The notes below the pieces were generated by a model. That model was not told where the DNA came from. It did not search any database and saw nothing but the letters and a program-made list of their open reading frames with translations. Shown piece by piece: positions 1 through 10,231 of a stretch of DNA of 64,000 nt (positions within the stretch are counted from its first letter, which is position 1; each line of letters opens with the position of its first letter). Source of the stretch: an uncultured Hyphomicrobiales bacterium (lineage in GTDB: Bacteria; Bacteroidota; Ignavibacteria; Kapaibacteriales; UBA2268); assembly GCA_964634885.1 (NCBI GenBank), contig CAZWLN010000007.1, positions 1,008-65,007 on the forward strand, read 5' to 3'. The translations under genes were made by a program, and so were the position numbers.

Positions 1-2441
1 AAGTACAGGTCGGCCGTTTTATTCTTATAGGACTTCAGGCCCATCAGGTCGAGATTCTGGTTAACGGAGACAAACCCGTTGATTTCAGCGCGGAACCCAT
101 ACTGCCTTCCGCCGGGAAGTACTATTTTATACATGCCGTTTGCCGGGTTTGTATGCGCCGTACCAATCTCTTCGCCGGTCTTCAGGTCTTCGTATTTGAC
201 GAGTGCGTTGAGCGGTTCGCCTGTCTTCGTGTCGATTACTTTACCGCTAAGCAGCACAACAGGATTGGGTCGCTTGTCCAAAGGAAGCCCTATCCGGAAT
301 ATATCCCAGCCGCCGAGGGACTGGTTGTTGGAGGAGAAATAGGCAAACTCGCCCGAAGCAGGTATGGTGTAGAAGTTTTCGTCTTTGGTAGTGTTGATTG
401 TCGGTCCGAGGTTCACGGGTTTAGACCAGTTCGTCCAACTGTTGCCGATGCGGCGTGACATAAATATATCCCTTTTACCGACTCCCTGGTGGCCGTTACT
501 TGAGAAGTAAAGCGTTACACCGTCGGAAGCAAGGAAAGGATCGGATTCTTCTTTTTCAGTGTTAATCGTCCTGCCGAGGCTTTTGGGTTCTGTCCATTTG
601 CCGTCTTTTCTGCGGAAGCTGACAAACAGGTCGTTTGTACCGAGTTTCTTGTTCTTGCACAGGGAAATGATCATGACATTGCCTTCGCTGGAAAGGCAGC
701 CGTTGTGGTACATGCTGTAAGTATAGAATCCCGGGATGTCCAGGTCTGTAGGGAAGCTCCACCCGTCTGCCGTTTTTGCCGACAGGGACAAACCGTTGCC
801 GGTGCTGTGATAGAGGTTGTGGAGCAGAAGGTAGTTGCCGTCGGGAGTAACGGAGTTCACACCGTTAGGATACTTGTTATTGAGCGGGTCCCTGATGTTT
901 TCGGCCTTGTTCCAACTGTCGAAGCCTGACTTAACGGAGAAATAGATGTCTTCGCCGCCATAGGAATCGCTGCCGCCGTTGCGGACGAAGTACAGAGTCT
1001 CGCCGTCGGGGGAAATTACAGCCAGGTATTCATCGTTGCCTGTATTGATGTTACTGCCTAAGTTCTCAACCTTATTTATTATCGCATTGTCGTATTTCAG
1101 TTTTATATCCCTGCCGTATTCACTGTCGCCGAAATAATTCAGGTAATTCCTGATGTCTTCGAGAGAACTGCACAATTGGGCAGCTTTTTCGGCAGACGGG
1201 TCGTAGAGGTCTTCGAAACTCTGCGAGGCGTCGATTAACTCATTGACAGTAGAGCATTTCCTGATATACTCGTTTTTTACGAGCTTGGAACTGCCCGAAA
1301 ACGGGAAACTCCTGATCATGTCCTTAAGTTCGTCCTTCGAAAGTTGCGGCGCCAGACGGTTGATGGCAGTGTCGATTTTGGGATTGCCTGCAAATATCTT
1401 TGCATAGTATTTCAGCGCCGGAAGGCCGTTAACATAGTCCAGCCCCCTGTCGTCGAGCCCTGCATGATTGAAATCCGGGAAATAGTTAAGGTAGTTTTCA
1501 ATGTCCTGTAGCGATTTCACATTATTGAGTGCATTCTTTTCAATATCCGGTATCCTGTCGCTGCCGGGAAACAGGTTGGTAAATGTCTTGCAGTCCGCCA
1601 TCCTGTTTACCATCGAGTAAGCAATCTTTTCCAGTTCAGGCCTGTTTTCTCCAAGCCCTATCTCACCGTTAAGTTTTACGATGTCGCTTAAGGAATCAAT
1701 CTTTGCAGTGATCTTCCTGAAATTCATATTCCTGAGTTGTGGAAAGAGCTTTGCTGCCTGCAGCAGTTGGTCAAGGTTTGTCGATTTGTCGTAGTAGGCC
1801 TGTTTGAGTATGTCGAGGGCAGTAATGGTCCTCAGGGCGCCAATGACGGGAGGAATCAGGTCCCTGCCGAGCCCGGGCGCTGAATTGGTAAGCACTGTGT
1901 CGGAGTAGCGGTTTGAAGGGAAGTACCTGTTGAAGAACACAGCATCATCCAGGCTGCCGATAATGAAATACTTATCCGAGTCCTTATGTATCCCCCTGAG
2001 TACAGCTTTGTCGGCAGACATACCGTAACTGATGAATATCTGGTCGTCATCGAGTTTTCCGAGCCATGCCTCTGCTCCCAGTTTTTCGATGGGATGGCGG
2101 TTGCCGTCAGGACTGAGGAGGTAATAGAGTGTGCCGACGACCAGGGCGCTGCCTGCACCGGCAATCAGCCTGTTCTGCTCATAGCTTAAGCTTGGCAGCC
2201 CTGCTTTCTCAGGCAGGTAATGATAGACAGCGTAGCCCACACCGGCAGAAACGGCAACATTGACCGACCAGCCCCAGACATTGAGTTTCTCGACGAAGTA
2301 GGGTTCCTGGTATGCCAGTACCTGGTTGCGTTCCACCTGTACGGGTTCAGTGTACCGGGGACGCATGGACGTACAGTTTGTCAGAAGCTGGAGCGCCAGC
2401 CCCAAACAAGATAAGAAATATATGAATCTCCTGCCTGTCAA
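1..2441 (-). CDS. Large secreted/lipoprotein-like protein, partial (C-terminus off the window edge). Its N-terminal helical region has a duplicated 'DI(E/R)NYLNYF' motif. This is followed by TolB/PD40-like beta-propeller repeats and a carboxypeptidase-regulatory-like segment, which is an OmpA-family outer-membrane protein architecture.
   Basis: Hand translation of the minus strand gives an uninterrupted frame from ~2441 to position 1. It is absent from the ORF track because it has no in-window stop. The N-terminus 'FLSCLGLALQLLTNC' is lipobox-like. Repeats 'DGETLYFVRNGG...EDIYFS' and 'DGVTLYFSSNG...RDIFMS' are PD40-like. The start is uncertain (TTG ~2441 or ATG 2366). Confidence 0.5.
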   Translation of the reverse strand, partial: MTGRRFIYFLSCLGLALQLLTNCTSMRPRYTEPVQVERNQVLAYQEPYFVEKLNVWGWSVNVAVSAGVGYAVYHYLPEKAGLPSLSYEQNRLIAGAGSALVVGTLYYLLSPDGNRHPIEKLGAEAWLGKLDDDQIFISYGMSADKAVLRGIHKDSDKYFIIGSLDDAVFFNRYFPSNRYSDTVLTNSAPGLGRDLIPPVIGALRTITALDILKQAYYDKSTNLDQLLQAAKLFPQLRNMNFRKITAKIDSLSDIVKLNGEIGLGENRPELEKIAYSMVNRMADCKTFTNLFPGSDRIPDIEKNALNNVKSLQDIENYLNYFPDFNHAGLDDRGLDYVNGLPALKYYAKIFAGNPKIDTAINRLAPQLSKDELKDMIRSFPFSGSSKLVKNEYIRKCSTVNELIDASQSFEDLYDPSAEKAAQLCSSLEDIRNYLNYFGDSEYGRDIKLKYDNAIINKVENLGSNINTGNDEYLAVISPDGETLYFVRNGGSDSYGGEDIYFSVKSGFDSWNKAENIRDPLNNKYPNGVNSVTPDGNYLLLHNLYHSTGNGLSLSAKTADGWSFPTDLDIPGFYTYSMYHNGCLSSEGNVMIISLCKNKKLGTNDLFVSFRRKDGKWTEPKSLGRTINTEKEESDPFLASDGVTLYFSSNGHQGVGKRDIFMSRRIGNSWTNWSKPVNLGPTINTTKDENFYTIPASGEFAYFSSNNQSLGGWDIFRIGLPLDKRPNPVVLLSGKVIDTKTGEPLNALVKYEDLKTGEEIGTAHTNPANGMYKIVLPGGRQYGFRAEINGFVSVNQNLDLMGLKSYKNKTADLY

Positions 2442-2688
2442 TAGAATTCCATCTATTTTTCACCCATACTCTATCACAATTTTTCCGTCGTTTCTAACAA
2501 AACGATAAACGGACTTTATTCAAATTTAATATCATTTTTTATTTATTGCTAATAGATATGAAATTAATTAAATTTAAAATGTACAATTTTTCCGGTTTTT
2601 TATTACAATGAAAGAAATTATTTGCGGAGTTTTCAGTCTATTACAATTTAATTGTAAGAGCAACAAGTATAATAAAGCGGAGGCTACA

Positions 2689-3537
2689 ATGCAGACCATC
2701 AGGACTGTTAAAAAAGTATTCAGGGGACACAGTACCTCTGACGGCGCCGGTGTACGCCTAAGGCGCATCTTCGGCTTTGGCGACACGGCCATGACCGACC
2801 CTTTCCTGCTTCTGGACTACTTCGGCTCCGACAATCCCAACGATTACCTTGCCGGTTTCCCCTGGCACCCTCACCGCGGCATCGAAACAGTAACCTATAT
2901 GCTCGACGGCAGGGTCGAGCACGGCGACAGCTTAGGCAATTCCGGCGTCATCGGCAGCGGCGACATCCAGTGGATGACAGCCGGAAGCGGGATAATCCAC
3001 CAGGAGATGCCCAAATCCGACGGCGGAAGCATGTTCGGCTTCCAGTTGTGGGTCAACCTGCCGGCTTCGCATAAGATGATGGCCCCACGGTACCAGGAGA
3101 TTAAAGCTTCTGCCATTCCTGCGTTAAAGTATGAAAACGGCATAGTGGTAAAGGTCATCGCCGGTGAATATGGAGGTGTACATGGGCCTGTGAAGGACAT
3201 CGTAACCAATCCTGAATATCTGGACATATCCATTCCGGCAGACACAGAGTTTTCCGTCGGCGTCAATCCCGAACATACAGTATTCATAATAGCCTTCGAG
3301 GGTGAAGGCAATTTCGGCAACGGCCAACCGAACCTTATGAAGTCCGGCGAAGGTGCATTGATGAGCGACGGCGACACAGTCAGGGTTACTACACACGACA
3401 GCAGGCTGAGGTTCCTGCTCATTGCCGGCAGGCCCATCGGTGAGCCTGTCGCCTGGAAAGGCCCCATTGTGATGAACACTGCCGAAGAGCTCGAAACGGC
3501 CTTCAGGGAATACCGCGAAGGCAGGTTTGTGAAGTAA
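2689..3537 (+). CDS. Pirin-family (bicupin) protein
   Basis: Motifs 'GFPWHPHRGIETVTYMLDG' and 'HGDSLGNSGVIGSGDIQWMTAGSGIIHQEMP' are typical of the pirin cupin. A GGAGG ribosome-binding site sits 8 nt before the ATG at 2689, so this start is preferred over the ORF-track start at 2608. Confidence 0.85.
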   Translation: MQTIRTVKKVFRGHSTSDGAGVRLRRIFGFGDTAMTDPFLLLDYFGSDNPNDYLAGFPWHPHRGIETVTYMLDGRVEHGDSLGNSGVIGSGDIQWMTAGSGIIHQEMPKSDGGSMFGFQLWVNLPASHKMMAPRYQEIKASAIPALKYENGIVVKVIAGEYGGVHGPVKDIVTNPEYLDISIPADTEFSVGVNPEHTVFIIAFEGEGNFGNGQPNLMKSGEGALMSDGDTVRVTTHDSRLRFLLIAGRPIGEPVAWKGPIVMNTAEELETAFREYREGRFVK

Positions 3538-3583
3538 AGGATTTCAATTACTATGCACAGCACGGGATATTATTTGATTTTCA

Positions 3584-4666
3584 TTAATACTGCTTCGTAA
3601 AGAATTTATTAGTATCGTCAAGTTTAATCTGATTGTTCGTAAACCATTCGGCAAAAGCATTCCACTTGTCCCGGTTGGCAGCGGCCCACTTTTTGAATGC
3701 CTCCTCGTCGCCTTTCATCAGTATCCAGTAATTATAGGGCTCCATCATACCTGCGTCCAGTACCTTCTTTTGGTAGTCGAACAGGGCATTGGGGTATTTT
3801 TCTTCGAATTTCCGAAGATAGAAATTTGTAACGATGCCCTGCCTCATCAGGTGCAGTTTCTTAATATTCAAAGGTTCTTCATGGGGTACCGACATCAACA
3901 GCAGTATTTCGAATACACCGGTTCCAAATGGCATTTTGGCATCCTCCGGCTTTCCGTTTTCCGGAATTTTGACAAGATTATTCTCGCTGAAACTGACCGC
4001 AACTTCGTCTTTGCTTATTTTAATCTGGCTTTGATAGGTTTTGTAGAGTAACTCGCTGATCTCGGCAGTACGTTTGCTGTTTCGCTCCAGATTCATGAAC
4101 AACTCACCGTAGATCAGGCCCCAGACTTTTTCTGTTGTACTCATGTAAAGCTTGCACGCCCAGTAATAATTAGAAGGAAACGCCGGCTCGTTTTCGATGC
4201 CTTTTTCATAATACGACAAGGCCGTATCATAGCTTTCCTTTGTCACATACATATTGCCAAGTTCAAGTAAAAGCTTACCCGAGCGGGGAAATTTCTTCAA
4301 ACCCTCGTTGTATATCTCTAATGCTTTAGCGGGGTTACCCACATAGTCGTAACTGTTGCCAAGCAATTGATAGACCTGGTCGTAACTGTCCCTGTGATCT
4401 TTCAACTTCTCAAGGATTGGAATCGCTTCATCAAATTTATTAGTAATACACTTTGCGTAAGCAATTTCATAGGGGTAGGCGATATTGTCCGGGTCCAGCC
4501 GGCATGCTTCGTTCAACAGTGTCAGCGATTCATCGATATTGCCTGCATCCATCAATTCGACAGCTTTTTTAGCTTTTTCAAAGGCTTTCTCCTTGTCGGT
4601 CTGGGAAAAAGCAAGACTGTGAGAAGAAATAATTAATAATAATAAAACACAAAGTTTTCTGCTCAT
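3584..4666 (-). CDS. Secreted TPR-repeat protein
   Basis: Signal peptide 'MSRKLCVLLLLIISSHSLAFSQ' is followed by several TPR-like helical repeats ('AYAKCITNKFDEAIPILEKL', 'YQLLGNSYDYVGNPAKALEIYNEGL'). An internal Met was chosen as the start (the ORF-track start at 4762 lacks a signal peptide). Confidence 0.65.
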   Translation of the reverse strand: MSRKLCVLLLLIISSHSLAFSQTDKEKAFEKAKKAVELMDAGNIDESLTLLNEACRLDPDNIAYPYEIAYAKCITNKFDEAIPILEKLKDHRDSYDQVYQLLGNSYDYVGNPAKALEIYNEGLKKFPRSGKLLLELGNMYVTKESYDTALSYYEKGIENEPAFPSNYYWACKLYMSTTEKVWGLIYGELFMNLERNSKRTAEISELLYKTYQSQIKISKDEVAVSFSENNLVKIPENGKPEDAKMPFGTGVFEILLLMSVPHEEPLNIKKLHLMRQGIVTNFYLRKFEEKYPNALFDYQKKVLDAGMMEPYNYWILMKGDEEAFKKWAAANRDKWNAFAEWFTNNQIKLDDTNKFFTKQY

Positions 4667-4946
4667 TGCAGTTTCCCTTTCGAAATGTGAATTAATACCG
4701 GAATAAATTAATAATAATCCGTGATAATTCAAATTGTTATTTTCACGGATTAGAAAAAGCAAAGAACTAAAAAATTAAATATATAATTTTTAAAATGACT
4801 AAATATTTTATAATTTTTCGAGCGGAAAAATGGTTTTTATTTAAAATATATATTTTTTATTGATTTATGAATTGTTTGATATTTTAAATAAGTAACCATT
4901 GGGTTGAGAATATTACTATTATTAATATTTTGAGGTAAAAAGAGTT

Positions 4947-6257
4947 ATGTACGATTATGTAAAAAATAGCGACCCTGAAGTTTTTAACACTCTGATGAGG
5001 GAATACAAGAGACAGAAGACGAAGATCGAACTGATTGCCAGCGAGAATTTCACCTCACCGTCAGTAATGCAGGCACAGGGCTCAGTCCTGACCAACAAGT
5101 ACGCCGAGGGTTACCCCGGTAAAAGGTACTACGGCGGCTGCGAAGAAGTGGACGTTGCAGAAAACATCGCCCGCGACCGCGTAAAGAAGCTCTTCGGCGC
5201 CGAATACGCCAACGTTCAGCCCCACAGCGGCAGCCAGGCAAACATGGCAGTCTATTTCACATATATTAACCACGGCGACACAGTCATGGGCCTCAGCCTC
5301 GCACACGGCGGACACCTGACTCACGGCTCCCCGGTCAACTTCTCAGGCAAATTCTTTAAGTTCGTTCCCTATGAACTGGACCCGGCAACAGGCAGGATCG
5401 ACTACAACAAAGTCGAAGAACTCGCCATGACTCACAAACCTAAGATGATTACCGTCGGCGCTTCCGCCTATCCCCGCGACATAGATTTCAAAGCCTTCAG
5501 GGATATATGCGACAAAGTCGGCGCTTTCATGTTCGTTGACATTGCCCATCCGGCAGGCCTCATAGCCAAAGGCTTCCTTAACAATCCTCTGCCATACGCA
5601 GACGTGGTGGCAAGTACTACCCACAAGACACTGCGCGGCCCCCGCGGCGGCATCATCATGCTCGGCAAAGACCGTGAGAATCCCTTCGGTCAGGTAGCTC
5701 CCAAATCCGGCAGGGTGAAGATGATGAGCGAACTGATAGATTCATGGGTAATGCCCGGCGTACAGGGCGGCCCACTCATGCACGTCATTGCAGCCAAAGC
5801 CGTAGCTTTCGGCGAGTGCCTCACAGACAATTTCAGGGACTATATCGTGCAGGTAATGAAGAATGCTCAGGCCCTTGCCGAAGCCATGACTTCAAAAGGC
5901 TACAGCCTCGTCAGCGGCGGCACCGACAACCACCTGATGCTCATCGACCTTCAGAACAAAGGCGTCACAGGCAAACAGGCAGAAGAAGCCCTCGACCTGG
6001 CCGGCATTACAGTTAACAAGAACGCTGTTCCTAACGACCCGAAACCGCCGCTCGTTACTTCAGGCATCAGGATCGGTACTCCTGCCATGACAACCAGAGG
6101 ACTTGTCGAGAAGGACATGAAACAGATTGCCGAATTCCTCGACAAAGTAATTACCAATCATGACAAAGCCGAAGTCATCGAACAGGTAAAGAATCAGGTA
6201 AGCGAGTTCACCTCAGCATTCCCGCTCTACAAAGACACTGACGGTGAAGCTGTTTAA
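4947..6257 (+). CDS. glyA: Serine hydroxymethyltransferase
   Basis: '[39 protein letters not shown]' and the PLP-lysine region '[12 protein letters not shown]' are SHMT hallmarks. The length of 436 aa is consistent. Confidence 0.95.
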   Translation: MYDYVKNSDPEVFNTLMREYKRQKTKIELIASENFTSPSVMQAQGSVLTNKYAEGYPGKRYYGGCEEVDVAENIARDRVKKLFGAEYANVQPHSGSQANMAVYFTYINHGDTVMGLSLAHGGHLTHGSPVNFSGKFFKFVPYELDPATGRIDYNKVEELAMTHKPKMITVGASAYPRDIDFKAFRDICDKVGAFMFVDIAHPAGLIAKGFLNNPLPYADVVASTTHKTLRGPRGGIIMLGKDRENPFGQVAPKSGRVKMMSELIDSWVMPGVQGGPLMHVIAAKAVAFGECLTDNFRDYIVQVMKNAQALAEAMTSKGYSLVSGGTDNHLMLIDLQNKGVTGKQAEEALDLAGITVNKNAVPNDPKPPLVTSGIRIGTPAMTTRGLVEKDMKQIAEFLDKVITNHDKAEVIEQVKNQVSEFTSAFPLYKDTDGEAV

Positions 6258-6431
6258 GCAGGTTAAAGTTTTATTTTTATTGCCGATTATTATTATTGGG
6301 TAATAAAACATATTTTATGATTCTGAGGAAAGCTGTTTCGGGCGGGAGGCAGCTTTTTTCAGATGGCAGCAGCCGGATGAAGGGCTGATTAATAGTTGAA
6401 TCGATGTATTTACATGAAAATTATCTTTGCA

Positions 6432-7382
6432 ATGGTTATGAATAAAAAGTTCAGTTTCAGCAAAACAGCATTAAATACATTCTTACTAATCCTTCTTGTC
6501 TCTCAGTTCCAATGTACCAGAAGCCTCGACAGCGACAACAACCTGGCAAGGAAGGAAAGCAAAGAGAGGTCCCTGGAAGAGGTACTGAAAGCAGACTCGG
6601 CACAATCGACCGACAATACCGTACAAACGGCAGCCGCTGAAGTCGATTCAATCCCCTATCCTGCCATCAGTTACACCCGAATCAAAATCAGGGACAAGAA
6701 GCATCTCGACTCCATCAAGAAGTCTTTTTTTGTGAATAAGGAGTTCACTGCCGCCTACAGGGCCATTTCCACGCTTAACAGGAAGGAATATGTATTTTTC
6801 AGGGTAAAAGATTCCATTCTCGTGCCCGACCAAGTCATCGACGACCAGAAAGCCTATTCCCTCTTTCCTCACACCTACCCACAGGCAGCGTCGTTTAAGA
6901 AGCTGATTGTAGTCTCCATCATGAACCAGTGCTACGGGGCCTATGAATTCGGGAAGCTGGTACACTTTGCGGCAATCAACTCCGGTAAACATGCCGGTTC
7001 CAACCCTCAGGGGCTTTATTACCTTACCTGGAAAGCCAGAAGCCACACCTCGTCCTATGACGAAACATGGATTATGCCCTACACCTTCAATTACACAAGA
7101 ATCGGGCAGGCTTTCCATCAGTACCAGATGCCCGGCTACCCTGCCTCTCACGGTTGCCTGAGACAGTTTACCCGCGATGCGGAATGGCTGTTCACCTGGG
7201 GTGAGACACGTAAAATTGACCCTGCGACAAAAAAGTGGGGGCTTCGTACAGGCACTCCCGTCATCATCATCGACCAGTACGACTACGAAAACCGGTACAA
7301 ACCATGGCGTTACCTGAAATCAAACAGGGAAGGAATCATCGGGCTACCACCCGATCCAATGGGACTTGAAGAAAGATTCTGA
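6432..7382 (+). CDS. L,D-transpeptidase (YkuD) domain lipoprotein
   Basis: The catalytic motif 'PASHGCLRQ' matches the SHGC(I/L)R motif of YkuD L,D-transpeptidases. The N-terminus is a signal/lipoprotein-like peptide. The start is ambiguous (6396, 6432 or 6438). Confidence 0.6.
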   Translation: MVMNKKFSFSKTALNTFLLILLVSQFQCTRSLDSDNNLARKESKERSLEEVLKADSAQSTDNTVQTAAAEVDSIPYPAISYTRIKIRDKKHLDSIKKSFFVNKEFTAAYRAISTLNRKEYVFFRVKDSILVPDQVIDDQKAYSLFPHTYPQAASFKKLIVVSIMNQCYGAYEFGKLVHFAAINSGKHAGSNPQGLYYLTWKARSHTSSYDETWIMPYTFNYTRIGQAFHQYQMPGYPASHGCLRQFTRDAEWLFTWGETRKIDPATKKWGLRTGTPVIIIDQYDYENRYKPWRYLKSNREGIIGLPPDPMGLEERF

Positions 7383-7778
7383 TTATTTCTGTGTACTCTT
7401 GGCTGCTTCAACCATAGCATCCATCAGCCGTTTGTAATTCTCCGCATTTTCGCCCTTGAATTTTCCCCTGCTGAGGAATGTGGAAAGGTTCTGGGCCGTT
7501 ACCAGGGGTATCTCGATGGCAATCTTGTCGTTTGCTTTCTTTTGTTCAGCCTGGGCTTTGTCGATGGCGCCTTTCAGGAAATTCTTGCACTCGAGGAAAG
7601 GATCGACTTCAGCGCCTAATATCTCTATCGTACCCATCATGTTATAGGCAAACACTATGTCTTCAAGCACGAAATTAGGCTTGATGATCATATTCTTCTG
7701 GGCGCTCTGTACCTGGGCCTGAACGGCAAGCGTAGTGAGTACAAAAGCAATTGACAGTATAGTAACAATTCTTTTCAT
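7383..7778 (-). CDS. Small secreted hypothetical protein (131 aa)
   Basis: Signal peptide 'MKRIVTILSIAFVLTTLAVQAQ' is followed by a charged helical body. No recognised motif. It lies co-directional with the downstream T9SS/par cluster. Confidence 0.45.
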   Translation of the reverse strand: MKRIVTILSIAFVLTTLAVQAQVQSAQKNMIIKPNFVLEDIVFAYNMMGTIEILGAEVDPFLECKNFLKGAIDKAQAEQKKANDKIAIEIPLVTAQNLSTFLSRGKFKGENAENYKRLMDAMVEAAKSTQK

Positions 7779-7809
7779 TTTTTTATTCCTTTATTTTGAA
7801 ATTTGTTTT

Positions 7810-8748
7810 CTACAGCCCAAAAGCAAGGCTGAACCTGTGGAAATAGGCAAATGCGCCAACCTGGGCAATGCCGTAATCGAAGTTGAAGTCTTTCAGCCTC
7901 ATGCCGACGCCACCTGAAAACCCGGATAGTTTCTTGTCGAAATCGGGAGCGGAATTCTGCCTGATGGCATTGTCGTAGCCGACTCTTACCTGTATTACCT
8001 TTCCAAAACTGAACTCGCCGCCAATCGAGAAATTGAGGAACCTGTCGAAGAAATTGTCTTCTTCGTCGGCGAGATGGTGTATCGAAACATTGAGAAGCAG
8101 GGGAAGCCCCTTTAGGGAATGGTTAAGGCCAAGCCTGACGTCGAGCGGAGGATTCTCCGAGATGTCGCCGAACTTCGAAATCTGCATACCGGCATTCAAT
8201 ATCGAAAAGGCAAGGTTAGTTCGTTTTTCGGGTATGCAGTAGATCAGGCCGGCATCGACAGCAAAAGCCATCGACGAAGCGTCTTCGATGCCGAAATAGA
8301 CCATCTTGGCTGTAGCGCCCCAGTAGAGGTTGCTGTCCAGTTCATTGGAATAGCTGATACCCATTGCGAAGTTGCTGCCGGAGAAAGTGCCGGTAACATT
8401 GCCGTACTGGTCGGTAGCGTCGAAGCTGCCGTAACTGGTAAAGCTGACAGCGGCGGCAAACCTGCCGACATCCTTGAAATCGCGTATGTATGTAACTAAG
8501 CCGGAGTTAATATCGAGTACATGTTTAAAGAAGGTAGCAGAAAAATTCTTTTCTTCAACGGTATATATTGTTGCAGGATTGAAGAACACGGCATTGACGT
8601 CGTCGGTCATTGCCTCGAAACTTCCGGACAGGGCGGCAGCCCTGGCGCTCATGTTGTTCCTGAGCAGCATGAATGATTTGTCCTGCGAATAAGCCGCGCT
8701 GCCGATAAGTACCAGCATAATCAAAGACGAAAGCAGATTCCTGAACAT
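7810..8748 (-). CDS. PorV/PorQ-family outer-membrane beta-barrel protein (T9SS-associated)
   Basis: It has a signal peptide. The N-terminal 'ARAAALSGSFEAMTDDVNAVFFNPA' resembles the PorV/PorQ 'ARAGGMGDAG...NALFWNPA' signature. The sequence alternates hydrophobic residues in beta-barrel fashion and ends in an aromatic C-terminus ('FGL'). At ~312 aa it fits PorQ better than PorV. Confidence 0.5.
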   Translation of the reverse strand: MFRNLLSSLIMLVLIGSAAYSQDKSFMLLRNNMSARAAALSGSFEAMTDDVNAVFFNPATIYTVEEKNFSATFFKHVLDINSGLVTYIRDFKDVGRFAAAVSFTSYGSFDATDQYGNVTGTFSGSNFAMGISYSNELDSNLYWGATAKMVYFGIEDASSMAFAVDAGLIYCIPEKRTNLAFSILNAGMQISKFGDISENPPLDVRLGLNHSLKGLPLLLNVSIHHLADEEDNFFDRFLNFSIGGEFSFGKVIQVRVGYDNAIRQNSAPDFDKKLSGFSGGVGMRLKDFNFDYGIAQVGAFAYFHRFSLAFGL

Positions 8749-8770
8749 TATACCTCTAAGATACTGTTTA

Positions 8771-9247
8771 TCAAATACTTGTCTTTACACCGGCCATAAT
8801 ATCCAAGTAAAACTTCGGAGGCCTGACCGGTTTACGGGTAACAGCGTTCATAAAAGTATGTACGGTGTACCCTTCAGCAATTGTCGTATCACCCCGGAAA
8901 ATATTATAATCAAATCTTACTGTTGCTTTCATTTCCGGTTTCATCACAGTGGCAATCCTCAGCGTATCGTCATAATAGGATGGGGTTTTGTACCTGACAT
9001 GGGCTTCAACCACCGGGAGGAAGAATCCGTATTCCTCAAAAACGGTGTAGGGCAGGCCGTAGTGCCTCATAGTCTCTGTCCTGCCGATTTCGAAGAAAGC
9101 GAGGTAATTGCCGTTGTAAACGAACCCCATCTTGTCGGTGTCCGAATACCTTACCCTGATCTCTGTGGTATGCTTCAGTAAGGTATTACTGAAATCATAG
9201 GTTTCAATGGCATTGCTGCCGGATGTATTCTCTTCATTAATATTCAT
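8771..9247 (-). CDS. Acyl-CoA thioesterase, 4HBT/YbgC hotdog family
   Basis: 'IRVRYSDTDKMGFVYNGNYLAFFEIGRTE' matches the YbgC/4HBT motif (V-Y-x-D-x-D-x-G-x-V-x-N-x-x-Y). Confidence 0.75.
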   Translation of the reverse strand: MNINEENTSGSNAIETYDFSNTLLKHTTEIRVRYSDTDKMGFVYNGNYLAFFEIGRTETMRHYGLPYTVFEEYGFFLPVVEAHVRYKTPSYYDDTLRIATVMKPEMKATVRFDYNIFRGDTTIAEGYTVHTFMNAVTRKPVRPPKFYLDIMAGVKTSI

Positions 9248-9265
9248 TTCTTGACCTGATTGTTA

Positions 9266-10222
9266 TTACTTGCCGTTGTCGGAAAAAAACAATTCCAGAA
9301 GCCTGTCGAGGTCGTCCTTTGTATAGAACTCAAACTCGATGGTCCCGCTTTCCTTCGACTTGGCATTAATCTTTACCTGTGTGCCGTATATATGCCTTAA
9401 TTTGTTTTCATTGTCGGCTAAGACATAAGCTTCTTCGGGAGTAATTACCTGTTTGGGCTTCTGTTCTTCCTTTTTGTCTCCTGTTTTTTGTTTTCCCGAT
9501 TCAATTTGTTTGACCAGGTCCTCGGTAGCTCTGACGGAAAGGTTCTTTTCGGTTATTTCCTTCCAGGCCCAGAGCATATTGCCGGCCTGGGATACGCCCA
9601 ACAAAGCGCGCGCATGGCCCATCGACAATTCCTTCATCCTGACACTTTCCTGTATCTTCTCAGGAAGACGCAGCAGCCTCAGGAAATTGGTAATCGTTGT
9701 CCTGTCTTTGCCGACTTTGACAGACAGTTGTTCCTGCGTCAGTCCGCACTCTTCGATGAGCCTCTGGTAACCGTTGGCGATTTCGATGGGATTGAGGTTC
9801 TCGCGCTGTACGTTCTCGATCAGTGCAATCTCAAGCGAAGCCGAACCTTCTTCAATATCGATGATATATGCCGGAATCTTTTCCAGGCCTGCTTCTTTCG
9901 ACGCCCTGAACCTTCTCTCGCCTGCTATGAGCTCAAAGCCGTCAACAATGCGGCGAACAGTAACAGGTTGTATTACACCGTGTTCAAGGATGGAATTCTT
10001 CAGGTCCTCGAGTGCCTGTTCGTCGAAGTCTTTACGTGGCTGGTACGGGTTTGCCCTGATCTTCGACACCTCGATGAACGGCAGGGCTTGCTCCCTGTCT
10101 TTTTCCTTACCGTTGGCATCTTCAGGCTTAATCCTGAATCCCTTGTTGGAAAACTCTATCGAAGGCAGGAGGGCTCCAAGGCCTTTACCCAATCCGGTTG
10201 GTGTTTTCTTTGTTTTTGTCAT
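9266..10222 (-). CDS. parB: Chromosome partitioning protein ParB/Spo0J
   Basis: ParB box 'LIAGERRFRASKEAGL', an HTH region, an N-terminal 'GLGKGLGALL', and adjacency to parA. Confidence 0.93.
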   Translation of the reverse strand: MTKTKKTPTGLGKGLGALLPSIEFSNKGFRIKPEDANGKEKDREQALPFIEVSKIRANPYQPRKDFDEQALEDLKNSILEHGVIQPVTVRRIVDGFELIAGERRFRASKEAGLEKIPAYIIDIEEGSASLEIALIENVQRENLNPIEIANGYQRLIEECGLTQEQLSVKVGKDRTTITNFLRLLRLPEKIQESVRMKELSMGHARALLGVSQAGNMLWAWKEITEKNLSVRATEDLVKQIESGKQKTGDKKEEQKPKQVITPEEAYVLADNENKLRHIYGTQVKINAKSKESGTIEFEFYTKDDLDRLLELFFSDNGK

Positions 10223-10231
10223 TCAATAAAC

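Noticed and set aside
2608-2688. Upstream extension of the pirin ORF (track start at 2608)
   Set aside because: The stretch is AT-rich and non-pirin-like, and a GGAGG RBS precedes the internal ATG at 2689.
2895-3563. 222-aa antisense ORF inside the pirin gene. Similar antisense ORFs lie inside kup (48946-49599), the S9 peptidase (27791-28702), the DUF255 gene (28826-29470), sprA (17331-18122, 18204-19049) and uvrA (40469-41011).
   Set aside because: These are shadow ORFs opposite strongly supported genes, with no independent start signals.
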